A stretch of DNA of 64,000 nt, taken from SAR324 cluster bacterium (GTDB lineage Bacteria; SAR324; NAC60-12). Positions within the stretch are counted from its first letter, which is position 1. The number at the start of each line of letters is the position of its first letter. A program made the translations under genes and the position numbers. Below the pieces are notes generated by a model, which did not search any database, was not told where the DNA came from, and saw nothing but the letters and a program-made list of their open reading frames with translations. Positions 8,135 through 17,073 of this stretch are shown one piece after another. The stretch is taken from assembly GCA_022448485.1 (NCBI GenBank), contig JAKUUI010000002.1:18761-82760 (forward strand). Reading direction: 5' to 3'.

Positions 8135-10549
8135 TTAGATAGCTTGAACTAAACGGTCTTGTTGAACGCCTAAAAAGCCGTAGGATTTTATGAATTTTTT
8201 CTCCACTGGAGTTGTATAAAGTGTGGTTCGCTGTTGTGGAATGCGGTTGACGCTTTTGATTAATGCCACCATCCGTTCCGGAGGCATTTCTTGTCCGTGA
8301 ATGGCTCCGGCTGCACGGGTGATGCTTTCGTCCATCAGAGTTCCTCCCAAATCGTTGACTCCTGCATTGAGACAGGCTTTCACTCCTTCTGGACCCATTT
8401 TGACCCACGAAGTTTGGATGTTGGTGAAGCATGGATGCAAAACCAAACGAGCAACCGCGTGCACTAAAACCGATTCCCTGAAGGTTGGGCCTTTTCGAGC
8501 TTTGCCTTTGAGAAAAAGTGGGGTTTCCATGTGAACGAAAGGTAAAGGAACAAATTCAGTGAACCCGCATGTTTGTCCCTGGAGTTCGCGCAGACGTAGA
8601 AAATGCCGTGCCACATGCCGAGGCCTTTCAACATGCCCGTACATCAAAGTGGCGGTGGTACGGAAACCTACTTCGTGGGCATCTTGCATGACGGAAAGCC
8701 ACTGCTCGGTGCTCAGTTTGTCCGGACAAATAATTGCTCGAACCTCGTCATCCAAAACCTCTGCGGCGGTTCCAGGCAATGTATCTAGCCCGGCATCACG
8801 CAACAGTAATAAAAACTCCTTAACAGTTAGGCCAAGTGTCTTTGCTCCTTGCCAAACTTCTAATGGAGAAAAGGCGTGGATGTGCATCTCGGGAACGCTT
8901 GCTTTGATCTCCTTACAGATGTCGAGGTACGTTTTGCCTGTGTAATTGGGATGAATTCCGCCTTGCAAGCAAACCTCTGTTGCTCCACGCTTCCAAGCTT
9001 CTTTTGTGCGCCGCACGATTTCCTCCAATTTTAAATCATAAGGCTTACCACGCAAATTTTCCGACATTTTTCCTTTGGAAAAAGCGCAAAATCCACAGCG
9101 AAAAGTGCAGATGTTTGTGTAGTTGATATTTCGATTAACGGCGTAGGTGACAACTTCTCCATTGGTCTGTTTGCGAAGATCGTTAGCGGCAATGCAAACT
9201 TTTTCAAAATCATCTCCTCTTGAACAAAGAAGTTGTTCAATTTCCTGCTCGGACCACTCCACGTCAGTTGAGACATTTGCACGAATTTCCTCAATTTTAG
9301 TATTCACTGATGCTTTTTGAATACGCCACGGATTCCTGACAATTTCTGGGGGTAAAATTCCTTTTCCTGGAGCCCAAGAATCGGTACGGGCAAAGCCTTC
9401 GCCGTCTATCAAATGAAGAACTTTCGTTCGCAGTGTTTCGTCCAACCACGTATCGCCTTTAACCGCATAATCCGGATAAATCGCCAACCGTTCCGTCAGA
9501 AATTTTCTGGCACCTGACCTCCCTACACACTGGGAAGTGGCCCTGGACAGTTCCAATATTTCCGGCCACGGAGCTTCCGGATTCACATGATCGGGAGTCA
9601 CAGGAGATACCCCGCCCCAGTCATTGATTCCAGCATTGATTAATGCGGTCAAGTTTCCGGCACTAAGATTAGGAGGAGCTTGAAGGTTTATTTTCGGCCC
9701 AAAAATAATCCTTGCCACCGCAATCGTCCACACTAGTTCATCAAGATTCGGTTCCTGAGCATATGCCATTTGTGTTCCAGCTTTGGCTCGAAAATTCTGG
9801 ATGATTATTTCCTGAAGGTGTCCGTGTTGTTCGTTTAATTTCCGCAAATCCAGCAAAGACTCAATCCGCTCCAAGCGGGTTTCTCCAATACCAATCAAAA
9901 TTCCTGAAGTGAACGGAATTTTTTCAACTCCCGCAAGCCGGATGGTTTCTAAACGAATTTTCGGAAGTTTGTCCTGCGAACCGTGATGTGGTCCCCCTTT
10001 TTTACAGAGCCGTTTAGAAGAACTTTCCAGCATCAAACCCTGCGAAACGGAAACTTCCCGTAATTTCCTTAGGTCTTCCGCGGACATCGTTCCTGCGTTT
10101 ATGTGTGGCAATAGCTTGCTTTCTGAAACGACAAGTTCCGCTATTTCGGCCAAGTAAGAAAGCGTGGTTTTATGTCCCAAACTTGCCAGTTCTTCCCGTG
10201 CCACACGATAGCGAAGTTCTGGCTTGTCTCCCAAAGTGAACAACGCTTCTCTGCATCCAGATGCTTCTCCTTGTTTGACTAGTTCCAAAACATCGTCTGG
10301 AGTCATGAAATTTCGATGCTGTTTTTCTGGAGCTTCAGCGAATGTGCAGTAGTGGCAAAAATCCCGACAGAGTTTGGTCAGTGGAATGAAAATTTTGCGT
10401 GAATACGAGATGAGATTGCTGTGTCCTTCATCCCGGAGTTCGGTAGCGAGATGAAAAAGTTTTTGCGTGTCGGCGACTTCGGCAAGGGCTAGTGCTTCCA
10501 CAACAGTGGGCCGACGTTTTAGAAATTGATTCACATGAGTTTCATTCAT
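8135..10549 (-). CDS. fbiC: FO (7,8-didemethyl-8-hydroxy-5-deazariboflavin) synthase, fused CofG-CofH
   Basis: 804-aa ORF with two radical-SAM CxxxCxxC motifs: CRDFCHYCTF in the N-terminal half and CTFRCGFCAF in the C-terminal half. The size and two-domain layout match FbiC. ATG start at 10549. Confidence 0.9.
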   Translation of the reverse strand: MNETHVNQFLKRRPTVVEALALAEVADTQKLFHLATELRDEGHSNLISYSRKIFIPLTKLCRDFCHYCTFAEAPEKQHRNFMTPDDVLELVKQGEASGCREALFTLGDKPELRYRVAREELASLGHKTTLSYLAEIAELVVSESKLLPHINAGTMSAEDLRKLREVSVSQGLMLESSSKRLCKKGGPHHGSQDKLPKIRLETIRLAGVEKIPFTSGILIGIGETRLERIESLLDLRKLNEQHGHLQEIIIQNFRAKAGTQMAYAQEPNLDELVWTIAVARIIFGPKINLQAPPNLSAGNLTALINAGINDWGGVSPVTPDHVNPEAPWPEILELSRATSQCVGRSGARKFLTERLAIYPDYAVKGDTWLDETLRTKVLHLIDGEGFARTDSWAPGKGILPPEIVRNPWRIQKASVNTKIEEIRANVSTDVEWSEQEIEQLLCSRGDDFEKVCIAANDLRKQTNGEVVTYAVNRNINYTNICTFRCGFCAFSKGKMSENLRGKPYDLKLEEIVRRTKEAWKRGATEVCLQGGIHPNYTGKTYLDICKEIKASVPEMHIHAFSPLEVWQGAKTLGLTVKEFLLLLRDAGLDTLPGTAAEVLDDEVRAIICPDKLSTEQWLSVMQDAHEVGFRTTATLMYGHVERPRHVARHFLRLRELQGQTCGFTEFVPLPFVHMETPLFLKGKARKGPTFRESVLVHAVARLVLHPCFTNIQTSWVKMGPEGVKACLNAGVNDLGGTLMDESITRAAGAIHGQEMPPERMVALIKSVNRIPQQRTTLYTTPVEKKFIKSYGFLGVQQDRLVQAI

Positions 10550-10712
10550 TCAGTGTTTCTAGTACGAACATATATCGTGCGTTTTTTTGAAAGAGTTAAA
10601 GGATAGAATGGCTTATAAAGTTTGAATTAACAACCATTGATCACTAACCATAATACAGTTCATCCTGTTATCTTATCTAATTTATTTAAATGTTTGATTA
10701 TTTTACCAGTCA

Positions 10713-11348
10713 TCACATGATTTTTTGCTCCTGCAAGTATTCTTGTGCTCGTGTCTGAAAAGGTTGTTTACAAAGCTCCTGCAAATCGTCCTGTGTATCA
10801 ATGTCCAAACCGATTCCGGCTAGTTTAGTGGTGTTCAAGGTAAGCCCCATTTTCCTTGCTGTTTCCAAATGAGGAAAGTAGCTGTTTGGACCAAAACGTA
10901 AAGGGACTGCTGTCGGTGGGGAGAGAGCAATACAGTTCGAACCTTGTTCGTCTCGTGCCGGAACGATCGTCATTGTAGGTGCATTTCCATGCACCTCAAG
11001 AACTGTCTGAATTTCTTCTACCGTTACAAGTGGAACATCTCCTGGAAGCATCAACATGTGTTTTATTCCGTTTTCTTCCAAAGTAGCTGCTGTTCTTGCC
11101 ACCGCCTTCGTTTGTCCTTCATCCTGAACTGTAGACAAAACTGAAGCACCATTCCGTCGAGCAATTTCAGCAGCCGTCGGACATATCGTCGCCACCGCAA
11201 CTTGTTCAAACTCCGGAACAGCCATTACCGTAGCCAAAACATCCTCTAACATCGCAGCAAATAAATTTCGCCGTTGAATAGGATTTAGTACTGACTCCAA
11301 GCGGTGTTTCGCTTCATTCAGGTTTTTGACGGGGATTACGGCCCACAT
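10713..11348 (-). CDS. cofC: F420 biosynthesis guanylyltransferase CofC/FbiD
   Basis: 211 aa. The N-terminus MWAVIPVKNLNEAKHRL is typical of CofC/FbiD nucleotidyltransferases. It overlaps cofD by 13 nt and sits in the F420 operon. Confidence 0.8.
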   Translation of the reverse strand: MWAVIPVKNLNEAKHRLESVLNPIQRRNLFAAMLEDVLATVMAVPEFEQVAVATICPTAAEIARRNGASVLSTVQDEGQTKAVARTAATLEENGIKHMLMLPGDVPLVTVEEIQTVLEVHGNAPTMTIVPARDEQGSNCIALSPPTAVPLRFGPNSYFPHLETARKMGLTLNTTKLAGIGLDIDTQDDLQELCKQPFQTRAQEYLQEQKIM

Positions 11349-12343
11349 GGAGAATCTTTTTCCTTAAAACGCTTTGTACATTTTCCGCAGCAAGAAGAAA
11401 AATTCAATACTGTTTGAGCGAGTTCGATTTTTGTGGTGAGGTCGGTCATCATAGTATTGCTGACTTTTACGGCAATGTCCAGTTTCTGAATTTCCTGTGC
11501 GGTAGCTTCGTCTTGAATGTCTACGATAAATCCATCGATAAAGTCACGATAATAATTTGCGATGGCAGTGGCAGAAACTGGGTGTCCGAGTTCCCGGAGA
11601 TTTTTCTTAGTTGGACCTTTGACTGCATTACCACCTACAATCGGGGAAACTGCAATCACGGGTGCAGAACAGGCCCGTAACTCCTCGCGAACTCCTCTCA
11701 CCGCAAGAATTGGGTCAATGCTGAGGAAGGGATTTGATGGGCAAATCACCACTGCTTGCAGCGATTGGTTTTGGAGTGTTTCTATAAGCTCCGGATTTGG
11801 CAAGGCTTTATCTGCTCCCTGAAAACTTAATCCCGAGACAGTGGGTTTGCAACGTTCTCTTACAAAATAGTCCTGGAAGGTCATATCTCCGTCGGGAGTT
11901 TCGACAATCGTGTGCACTCGATCGTTGCTTACCGGAATAATCCTAGCCTCAATTCCAAATTGCTGACAAAAATAGGAAGTTATTTCAGTGAGGGAGACGC
12001 CTGCGCGGAGCCGGTGTGTACGCTCCAGATGTGTTGCTAAATCCATGTCTCCCAACTTAAACCATGTTTCGCCACCCATTTTTTCCAAGGCTTGCATGAC
12101 AGTCCATGATTCATTGGCCAACCCCCATCCTTTATCCGAGTCTGATTTTCCGGAAAGTGTGTACATCAACGTGTCCAAATCCGGTGAAATATTTAAGCCC
12201 AAATGTACAAAATCGTCTCCGATATTTCCGATGATCATAAGCTTTTCCGGAGGCATTGCGTGAGTCAGCCCAAGCGCTAGCTTGGCTCCTCCTATACCTC
12301 CGGAAAGTGCGAGGATGGATGGGGAGTGTGCCGAAGGGTTCAT
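11336..12343 (-). CDS. cofD: LPPG:FO 2-phospho-L-lactate transferase CofD/FbiA
   Basis: 335 aa. The glycine-rich loop LSGGIGGAKLALGL is typical of CofD. Its start overlaps the cofE stop as ATGA. Confidence 0.85.
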   Translation of the reverse strand: MNPSAHSPSILALSGGIGGAKLALGLTHAMPPEKLMIIGNIGDDFVHLGLNISPDLDTLMYTLSGKSDSDKGWGLANESWTVMQALEKMGGETWFKLGDMDLATHLERTHRLRAGVSLTEITSYFCQQFGIEARIIPVSNDRVHTIVETPDGDMTFQDYFVRERCKPTVSGLSFQGADKALPNPELIETLQNQSLQAVVICPSNPFLSIDPILAVRGVREELRACSAPVIAVSPIVGGNAVKGPTKKNLRELGHPVSATAIANYYRDFIDGFIVDIQDEATAQEIQKLDIAVKVSNTMMTDLTTKIELAQTVLNFSSCCGKCTKRFKEKDSPCGP

Positions 12344-13128
12344 CGAAACAAATCCTTTTCTTTGGGGCGAATCAATGATGAAGCCAAAGTGGGTGGTGCG
12401 GAAAAAGAATAACCACGGATTAAAACAATCGGTCTTCCTTCTGCCGCCTGACCTTGCAGTAGTGATGCAGCCGACGAAAACTCATCGGCAATTGCTTCCT
12501 CAGTCACTCTTAAAGGTTTGCCAAAAAGATCCGGCTGCCCTCGCAAATCTAATAGCGAGGGTAATCCGGAAACTCCTAGTGCGGTTCCTATTGTTCCGTT
12601 GCGCCAGGCGCGTCCGAGACTATCGTTGATGATTACTGCCACATTCACCTTGGTTTTTTGATGTAATTCTTTCCGAATGTTTGCTGCCGATGCATCTGGA
12701 TCAACTGGCAAAAGTAGAACTTGTTCTGCATTGCCGTCTGTTTCTACATTCGAGTGGTCGATGCCAGCATTGGCTAACACCACACCTTGACGATTTTCCG
12801 CCACAATCACTCCGGTACGATGCCGCACGATTTCACGGGATTCTAACGTAATCAGTTCCACTATTTGTGGATCTTTTTCTGTAGACTCGGCCAATGAATA
12901 GGCTTGCTCCGAAGGTGTCACCTCAGCAATCCGAACATAACGTCCTTCTGATTTAGAAATGATTTTCTGAGCGATGACGAGGATATCACCTTCCATCAAA
13001 ATCATTTTCGTCTGTTTCAAACTCTGGAGGATGAGTGCAACAAGATCGTCTCCGGGACGCACCAGTGGGATTCCGGATAATGCGGTCAGTGTCAGAGAAA
13101 CTGGTTGGGGATTGTCCGGTAAGTTCAT
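12340..13128 (-). CDS. cofE: F420-0:gamma-glutamyl ligase CofE (ligase domain only)
   Basis: 262 aa. The motifs PGDDLVALI and GDILVIAQKIISKSEGR are typical of CofE. There is no C-terminal nitroreductase-like extension of the FbiB type. Confidence 0.85.
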   Translation of the reverse strand: MNLPDNPQPVSLTLTALSGIPLVRPGDDLVALILQSLKQTKMILMEGDILVIAQKIISKSEGRYVRIAEVTPSEQAYSLAESTEKDPQIVELITLESREIVRHRTGVIVAENRQGVVLANAGIDHSNVETDGNAEQVLLLPVDPDASAANIRKELHQKTKVNVAVIINDSLGRAWRNGTIGTALGVSGLPSLLDLRGQPDLFGKPLRVTEEAIADEFSSAASLLQGQAAEGRPIVLIRGYSFSAPPTLASSLIRPKEKDLFR

Positions 13129-13131
13129 GCG

Positions 13132-13791
13132 TTAATTCCCGACTATGCGGATGCCGGAGTGGCCCATTTCATAACGCTTGTTGAGGAAAATGAGAACGGG
13201 AGTGAGAGATTCGCTTACTACAGAATTGTCGATAGGGCCAGCGTGCCAGCCTTTAAGTCCTGTTGCTTCTACGAGAGAGATGACACTGGTTCGTGCTTCC
13301 ACGTTGTTACCACAAACCAGTACATCGCCCTCAAGAGGTTTGTTCTTTGCTAAAGATGCCGCCGCCACGGTTTGGAAAGCGGAAACCAGACGCACATTTT
13401 TCCCCAGTCTCTCTTGCGCTAGTTTAGCGACAGATCCACCTTCCGGAAGTTGTACTCGACTCACCTTCGGAGGCACAAGTGGAACCGTCGTATCCACCAC
13501 AATTTTACCTTGAGCCGCTTCCATAATTTCCTCGACAATCGCCTTGTGGTTTGAGAATGGGACTGTTAGCACAATGATCCCCGCTGCGTTTGCGGCATCC
13601 CGATTGCTCAAGCCAGAGGCAGATGTTCTGCCCAAGCGTTCGTTGAGTTTTGCGGCGGAAAGCAGAGCTTTTTCTGCATTGCGAGAGCCAATAATAATTT
13701 TATATCCAGCCTGTCCCCATCGGAATGCCAAAGCCGAACCCAAGCCTCCGGTTCCTCCAATTACGGCAATGGTTTGTTTCACATCGGACAT
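13132..13791 (-). CDS. fno: NADPH-dependent F420 reductase (Fno/NpdG family)
   Basis: The Rossmann loop IAVIGGTGGLGSALA follows directly after ATG 13791 (MSDVKQT...). The ORF track extends to a TTG at 13836 that overlaps the tetR stop, and I prefer the ATG. The call rests on family resemblance plus operon context. Confidence 0.75.
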   Translation of the reverse strand: MSDVKQTIAVIGGTGGLGSALAFRWGQAGYKIIIGSRNAEKALLSAAKLNERLGRTSASGLSNRDAANAAGIIVLTVPFSNHKAIVEEIMEAAQGKIVVDTTVPLVPPKVSRVQLPEGGSVAKLAQERLGKNVRLVSAFQTVAAASLAKNKPLEGDVLVCGNNVEARTSVISLVEATGLKGWHAGPIDNSVVSESLTPVLIFLNKRYEMGHSGIRIVGN

Positions 13792-13828
13792 TTCAACTTT
13801 CTTCTGAAAAAGTAATTTGTGATGATTT

Positions 13829-14482
13829 TTAATCAAAGAATGTACGATACCAAATTCTTGTTACCACTTGTGAGGCAGTTTCCACTGTAATCTTTTCCGC
13901 ATTCAAAGCTTCCTGCGCAAACCAAGTGTAAGCGCACTGCTCCACCAGCGAAGCCATCGACTCGACGACCGTGCGTGCTGGCACACCATCCACCGATTCA
14001 ATGCCGTGTGAAGTTTTCAGGGCGAAAACGAATCGATCCACATGCCTTGTTCGCATTTGCCACCACACATCTCGAAAACGAGTATCAACCGTTCCCGCTT
14101 CAATCAAAGCCCGAATCACGTCGCGGTTTTCATGATAGTGTGCCAGGTAACCCCGGTTTGCCGCCAATAGCGCTTGGAAAGGGACAGTAGCAAAATCATA
14201 TCCCTGAGCGCGGCTGGCTAGATACATTTTCTCGTGTATGTCTCCGATCAAGTTGATAAAGAGATCGTCCTTGTTCTTGAAATAACGATAAAGCGCTCCC
14301 ATCGAAACTCCAGACTCTTTCGCCACGTCAGACATCCTTAGAGTGACATACCCCACCCGCCCGAAAATTTTGCGGGCGCAGTTGAGAATATTGCTGCGGG
14401 TCCGTTGTCCCTTTATAGTTTGAGGAGAAATGGTGATTTGAGGAAAAATCGATTGGTTCTCTTTTCTTGATGATGCTTGCAC
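13829..14482 (-). CDS. TetR/AcrR family transcriptional regulator, first gene of the F420 operon
   Basis: 217 aa with a GTG start. The N-terminal helix-turn-helix is RMSDVAKESGVSMGALYRYFKNKDDLF. Confidence 0.85.
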   Translation of the reverse strand: MQASSRKENQSIFPQITISPQTIKGQRTRSNILNCARKIFGRVGYVTLRMSDVAKESGVSMGALYRYFKNKDDLFINLIGDIHEKMYLASRAQGYDFATVPFQALLAANRGYLAHYHENRDVIRALIEAGTVDTRFRDVWWQMRTRHVDRFVFALKTSHGIESVDGVPARTVVESMASLVEQCAYTWFAQEALNAEKITVETASQVVTRIWYRTFFD

Positions 14483-14580
14483 TGTTTGCTATAAATCAGG
14501 AGTCATTTAAGGGAACGTTCAATCTCAATTCAAAGCATAATAAAAAAACCAAAATCATGCAATAAAAAAAGTGACATCAC

Positions 14581-14610
14581 TCTTGATTATTCAAGAATTT
14601 CTTGTACTAT
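14581..14610 (+). promoter_or_regulatory. Overlapping palindromes that form a candidate TetR operator, overlapping the candidate promoter TTGATT-16 nt-TACTAT
   Basis: Read directly: TCTTGA-TTAT-TCAAGA at 14581..14596 and CAAGAA-T-TTCTTG at 14592..14604 (three copies of one half-site). TTGATT is at 14583..14588 and TACTAT at 14605..14610. The element lies in the 126-nt divergent region between tetR and the ligase operon. Confidence 0.4.
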
Positions 14611-16291
14611 GAGAACCTCGTATTCCCCAATGTATCCTGCTAGTAAGCCACAAAGAAACACAATGAGTAAAAAGAACTGCAAGGATTATCCGGACGATTT
14701 ATTGTCGCGAGAACAGGAGTATCGCCGACAAGGTTGGTGGAGTGGGGAACAGTTGCAAGACCGTTATGAAACAATCGTTTCCAGTCGTGGAGAGAATTTG
14801 GCCGTTGTAGACAACCGGGGACGGAGATTAACGCATAACGAACTATGGGTCGCTTCCGGAAACTTGGCCGACGTACTTGCAAATCAGGGTGTTTGCAAAG
14901 GGGAAGTGGTGATTGTTTTTCTACCGAATTGGGTGGAATGGCAGGTTGCACTGTTGGGAATTTTGCGGATGGGTGGAATTCCTGCAAACTTACCTATACG
15001 TATAGATACGGACAATCTCCGCTATGTTGCCGAACTTACAGGAACACGTGCTATCATTACAACGAAACTGCATAGCTCAACATCAACAAGGGCAATCGCT
15101 TTTGCCGCTGCTGAACTTTGTGAGCATCGTATTGATATTTTGTTCGTGGATGAAAATGCCCATAGTTGGGGGAAAATTAAGGACAAGCCTCTACCATCCG
15201 CACCGGATGTTTTCGGACTTGATCACATCATGTTCACCTCCAGCACCACTGGGCGAGCGAAAGCCGTCATGCACAGTGCCGACACATTGGCCGCATTGAA
15301 CCTCACATTCACCGAGCGTTTTTCACTGGGAGCACACGACCCGATTTTCATGGCCTCGCCGTTGGGACACAGCGTCGGCACGATTCATGGAGCACGGCTT
15401 TCGCTATACAACGGTGCGCCGCTCGTGCTTCAGGATGTGTGGAATCCGGGAGAAGCTTTGAAGATAATTAAGGAACATGATTGTGTTTTTACAGCGGCGG
15501 CGACACCGTTTCTCAAGGATTTGGTTGAGGCGGACTGGAAGGATGAACAACCGAAATTATCCTCAATGCGCTGGTTTCTTTGTGGAGGAGCGCAAGTTCC
15601 TATGGAGTTGATGGAACAAGCCAAAAAGCAATTTCCTAAGACTTTTGTAACTCTTCTTTGGGGCATGACCGAAGGAGGATTAACGACTTCTTTACGTAAT
15701 ACACCCGCCGAAAAAACCATCACCACTGCCGGAGTTGGTTTGCCCGGACTGGAAATGTTGATTATCAATCCGGAGGAAGAACAGCTTGCCAATGGTGAAG
15801 TCGGAGAATTGGTGATGCGTGGTCCAGGTGTTTTCATCGGATATTACGGGCAGGAAGATCTCTACAATTCATTGTTGACAAAAAACGGTTTTTTCCGGAC
15901 GGGTGATCTCGCCACGCTGGATGAAGCTGGATACCTCCGCATTACTGGGCGTCTCAAAGACTTGATTATCAGGGGTGGAGTCAATATTTCTCCGGTGCCG
16001 ATTGAAGACGCGTTGTCGAGTCATCCCAATGTTTCAGGTGCGGCAGTGGTCGGTTATCCTGAAGAACGGATGGGCGAACTTCTTTGCGCCGTAATCATTC
16101 CTGAAGGTGAAATTCCCACACTGAAAAATCTCAATACTTTTTTGAGAGAAAAAGGACTACCTAAATATCATTGTCCGGAATTACTCAGGATTGTGGAAAA
16201 ATTCCCTTCAACTCCAGCAGGGAAAATTCGCAAAGCCGTTCTACGAGAGCAAATCATAAATTCAACCGTAACAAAAAACGGAGATGCATGA
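14609..16291 (+). CDS. AMP-dependent acyl-CoA synthetase/ligase
   Basis: 560 aa with the AMP-binding motif FTSSTTGRAKAV, a later TGD, and a C-terminal GKIRK. The true start may be a later Met (14630 or 14663) if the promoter at 14583..14610 is real. Confidence 0.85.
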   Translation: MRTSYSPMYPASKPQRNTMSKKNCKDYPDDLLSREQEYRRQGWWSGEQLQDRYETIVSSRGENLAVVDNRGRRLTHNELWVASGNLADVLANQGVCKGEVVIVFLPNWVEWQVALLGILRMGGIPANLPIRIDTDNLRYVAELTGTRAIITTKLHSSTSTRAIAFAAAELCEHRIDILFVDENAHSWGKIKDKPLPSAPDVFGLDHIMFTSSTTGRAKAVMHSADTLAALNLTFTERFSLGAHDPIFMASPLGHSVGTIHGARLSLYNGAPLVLQDVWNPGEALKIIKEHDCVFTAAATPFLKDLVEADWKDEQPKLSSMRWFLCGGAQVPMELMEQAKKQFPKTFVTLLWGMTEGGLTTSLRNTPAEKTITTAGVGLPGLEMLIINPEEEQLANGEVGELVMRGPGVFIGYYGQEDLYNSLLTKNGFFRTGDLATLDEAGYLRITGRLKDLIIRGGVNISPVPIEDALSSHPNVSGAAVVGYPEERMGELLCAVIIPEGEIPTLKNLNTFLREKGLPKYHCPELLRIVEKFPSTPAGKIRKAVLREQIINSTVTKNGDA

Positions 16292-17073
16292 AAGCCCTAC
16301 TTGGTGACATTGAAGTCTCTTACACAGCCCAAGGCGAGGGAATGCCCGTAGTCTTTGTTCACGGACTAGCAGAGGGGAAGGAAAGCTGGTGTGAAATTCA
16401 GAAAAGAATCGGAAATTTCCGGACATATGCTTACGATTTACGTGGACACGGAGAAACAACACTAGGAATAGGCAAAGGAACGATAGAACAATTAGGAGAC
16501 GACTTGGTTACTTTTTTGGAAAAAGTTTGCGGTCGGGCTCAATGTGTCGGTTATTCTCTGGGAGGAACTTTAGTTCTTTGGGCGGCGGCAAAGCGTCCGG
16601 AATTGGTTTCTGCCGCAATTGTCGCTGGAACTTCGGCAGTGGTGGGGCGGCAGGCAGTCGGATTTTTTTCAGACCGAATCCGGATGATTGAAGAAAATTT
16701 TTCAGCATTCGCTCCAGCACTTAAAAAAGACACCGCATTACAAATTGTGACTTCAGGAGTTGATTTGGAAGCTCTCACAGCTCGACGGCTGGAAGCAGTT
16801 GGTAATGGTGGTGGATATGTGAATGCAGCACGGGCGATGATTGGTTTGCATGAAAATCCGCTCACCCCGTTATTATCCAATATTCAATGTCCTGTTAGTG
16901 TGATAGGTGGTTCGGGAGATATATTTTGCCCCAGAAAGGCAGCTGATATTATGCTTAATAAATTATCGAACGGCACTTATCAGGAAGTTAATGATGCTGG
17001 TCATTTGATGAGTGTTGATCAACTAGAAAATTATTCGAACACAATCCACAAATCATTACAAAGGAGAAACTAA
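16288..17073 (+). CDS. Alpha/beta-fold hydrolase
   Basis: ATG 16288 overlaps the ligase stop as ATGA. It has VVFVHGLAEG and the nucleophile elbow GYSLGG. The ORF-track 5' extension to 16171 lies inside the ligase gene. Confidence 0.8.
   Translation: MKALLGDIEVSYTAQGEGMPVVFVHGLAEGKESWCEIQKRIGNFRTYAYDLRGHGETTLGIGKGTIEQLGDDLVTFLEKVCGRAQCVGYSLGGTLVLWAAAKRPELVSAAIVAGTSAVVGRQAVGFFSDRIRMIEENFSAFAPALKKDTALQIVTSGVDLEALTARRLEAVGNGGGYVNAARAMIGLHENPLTPLLSNIQCPVSVIGGSGDIFCPRKAADIMLNKLSNGTYQEVNDAGHLMSVDQLENYSNTIHKSLQRRN

Noticed and set aside
10550-10712. A possible riboswitch or leader in the 163-nt gap upstream of fbiC.
   Set aside because: The region is AT-rich, I could find no stable conserved-looking helices, and I know of no F420/FO riboswitch. 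It is most simply an internal promoter region.
16171-16287. 5' extensions of ORF-track models into upstream genes or non-conserved leaders. The cases are 16171, 18670, 36092, 39650, 39828 (TTG), 44939 (TTG), 13836 (TTG) and 53251.
   Set aside because: In each case an internal ATG or TTG either coincides with a start/stop overlap or a Shine-Dalgarno, or begins exactly at the conserved N-terminal motif. The extension overlaps the preceding gene or looks non-protein-like.
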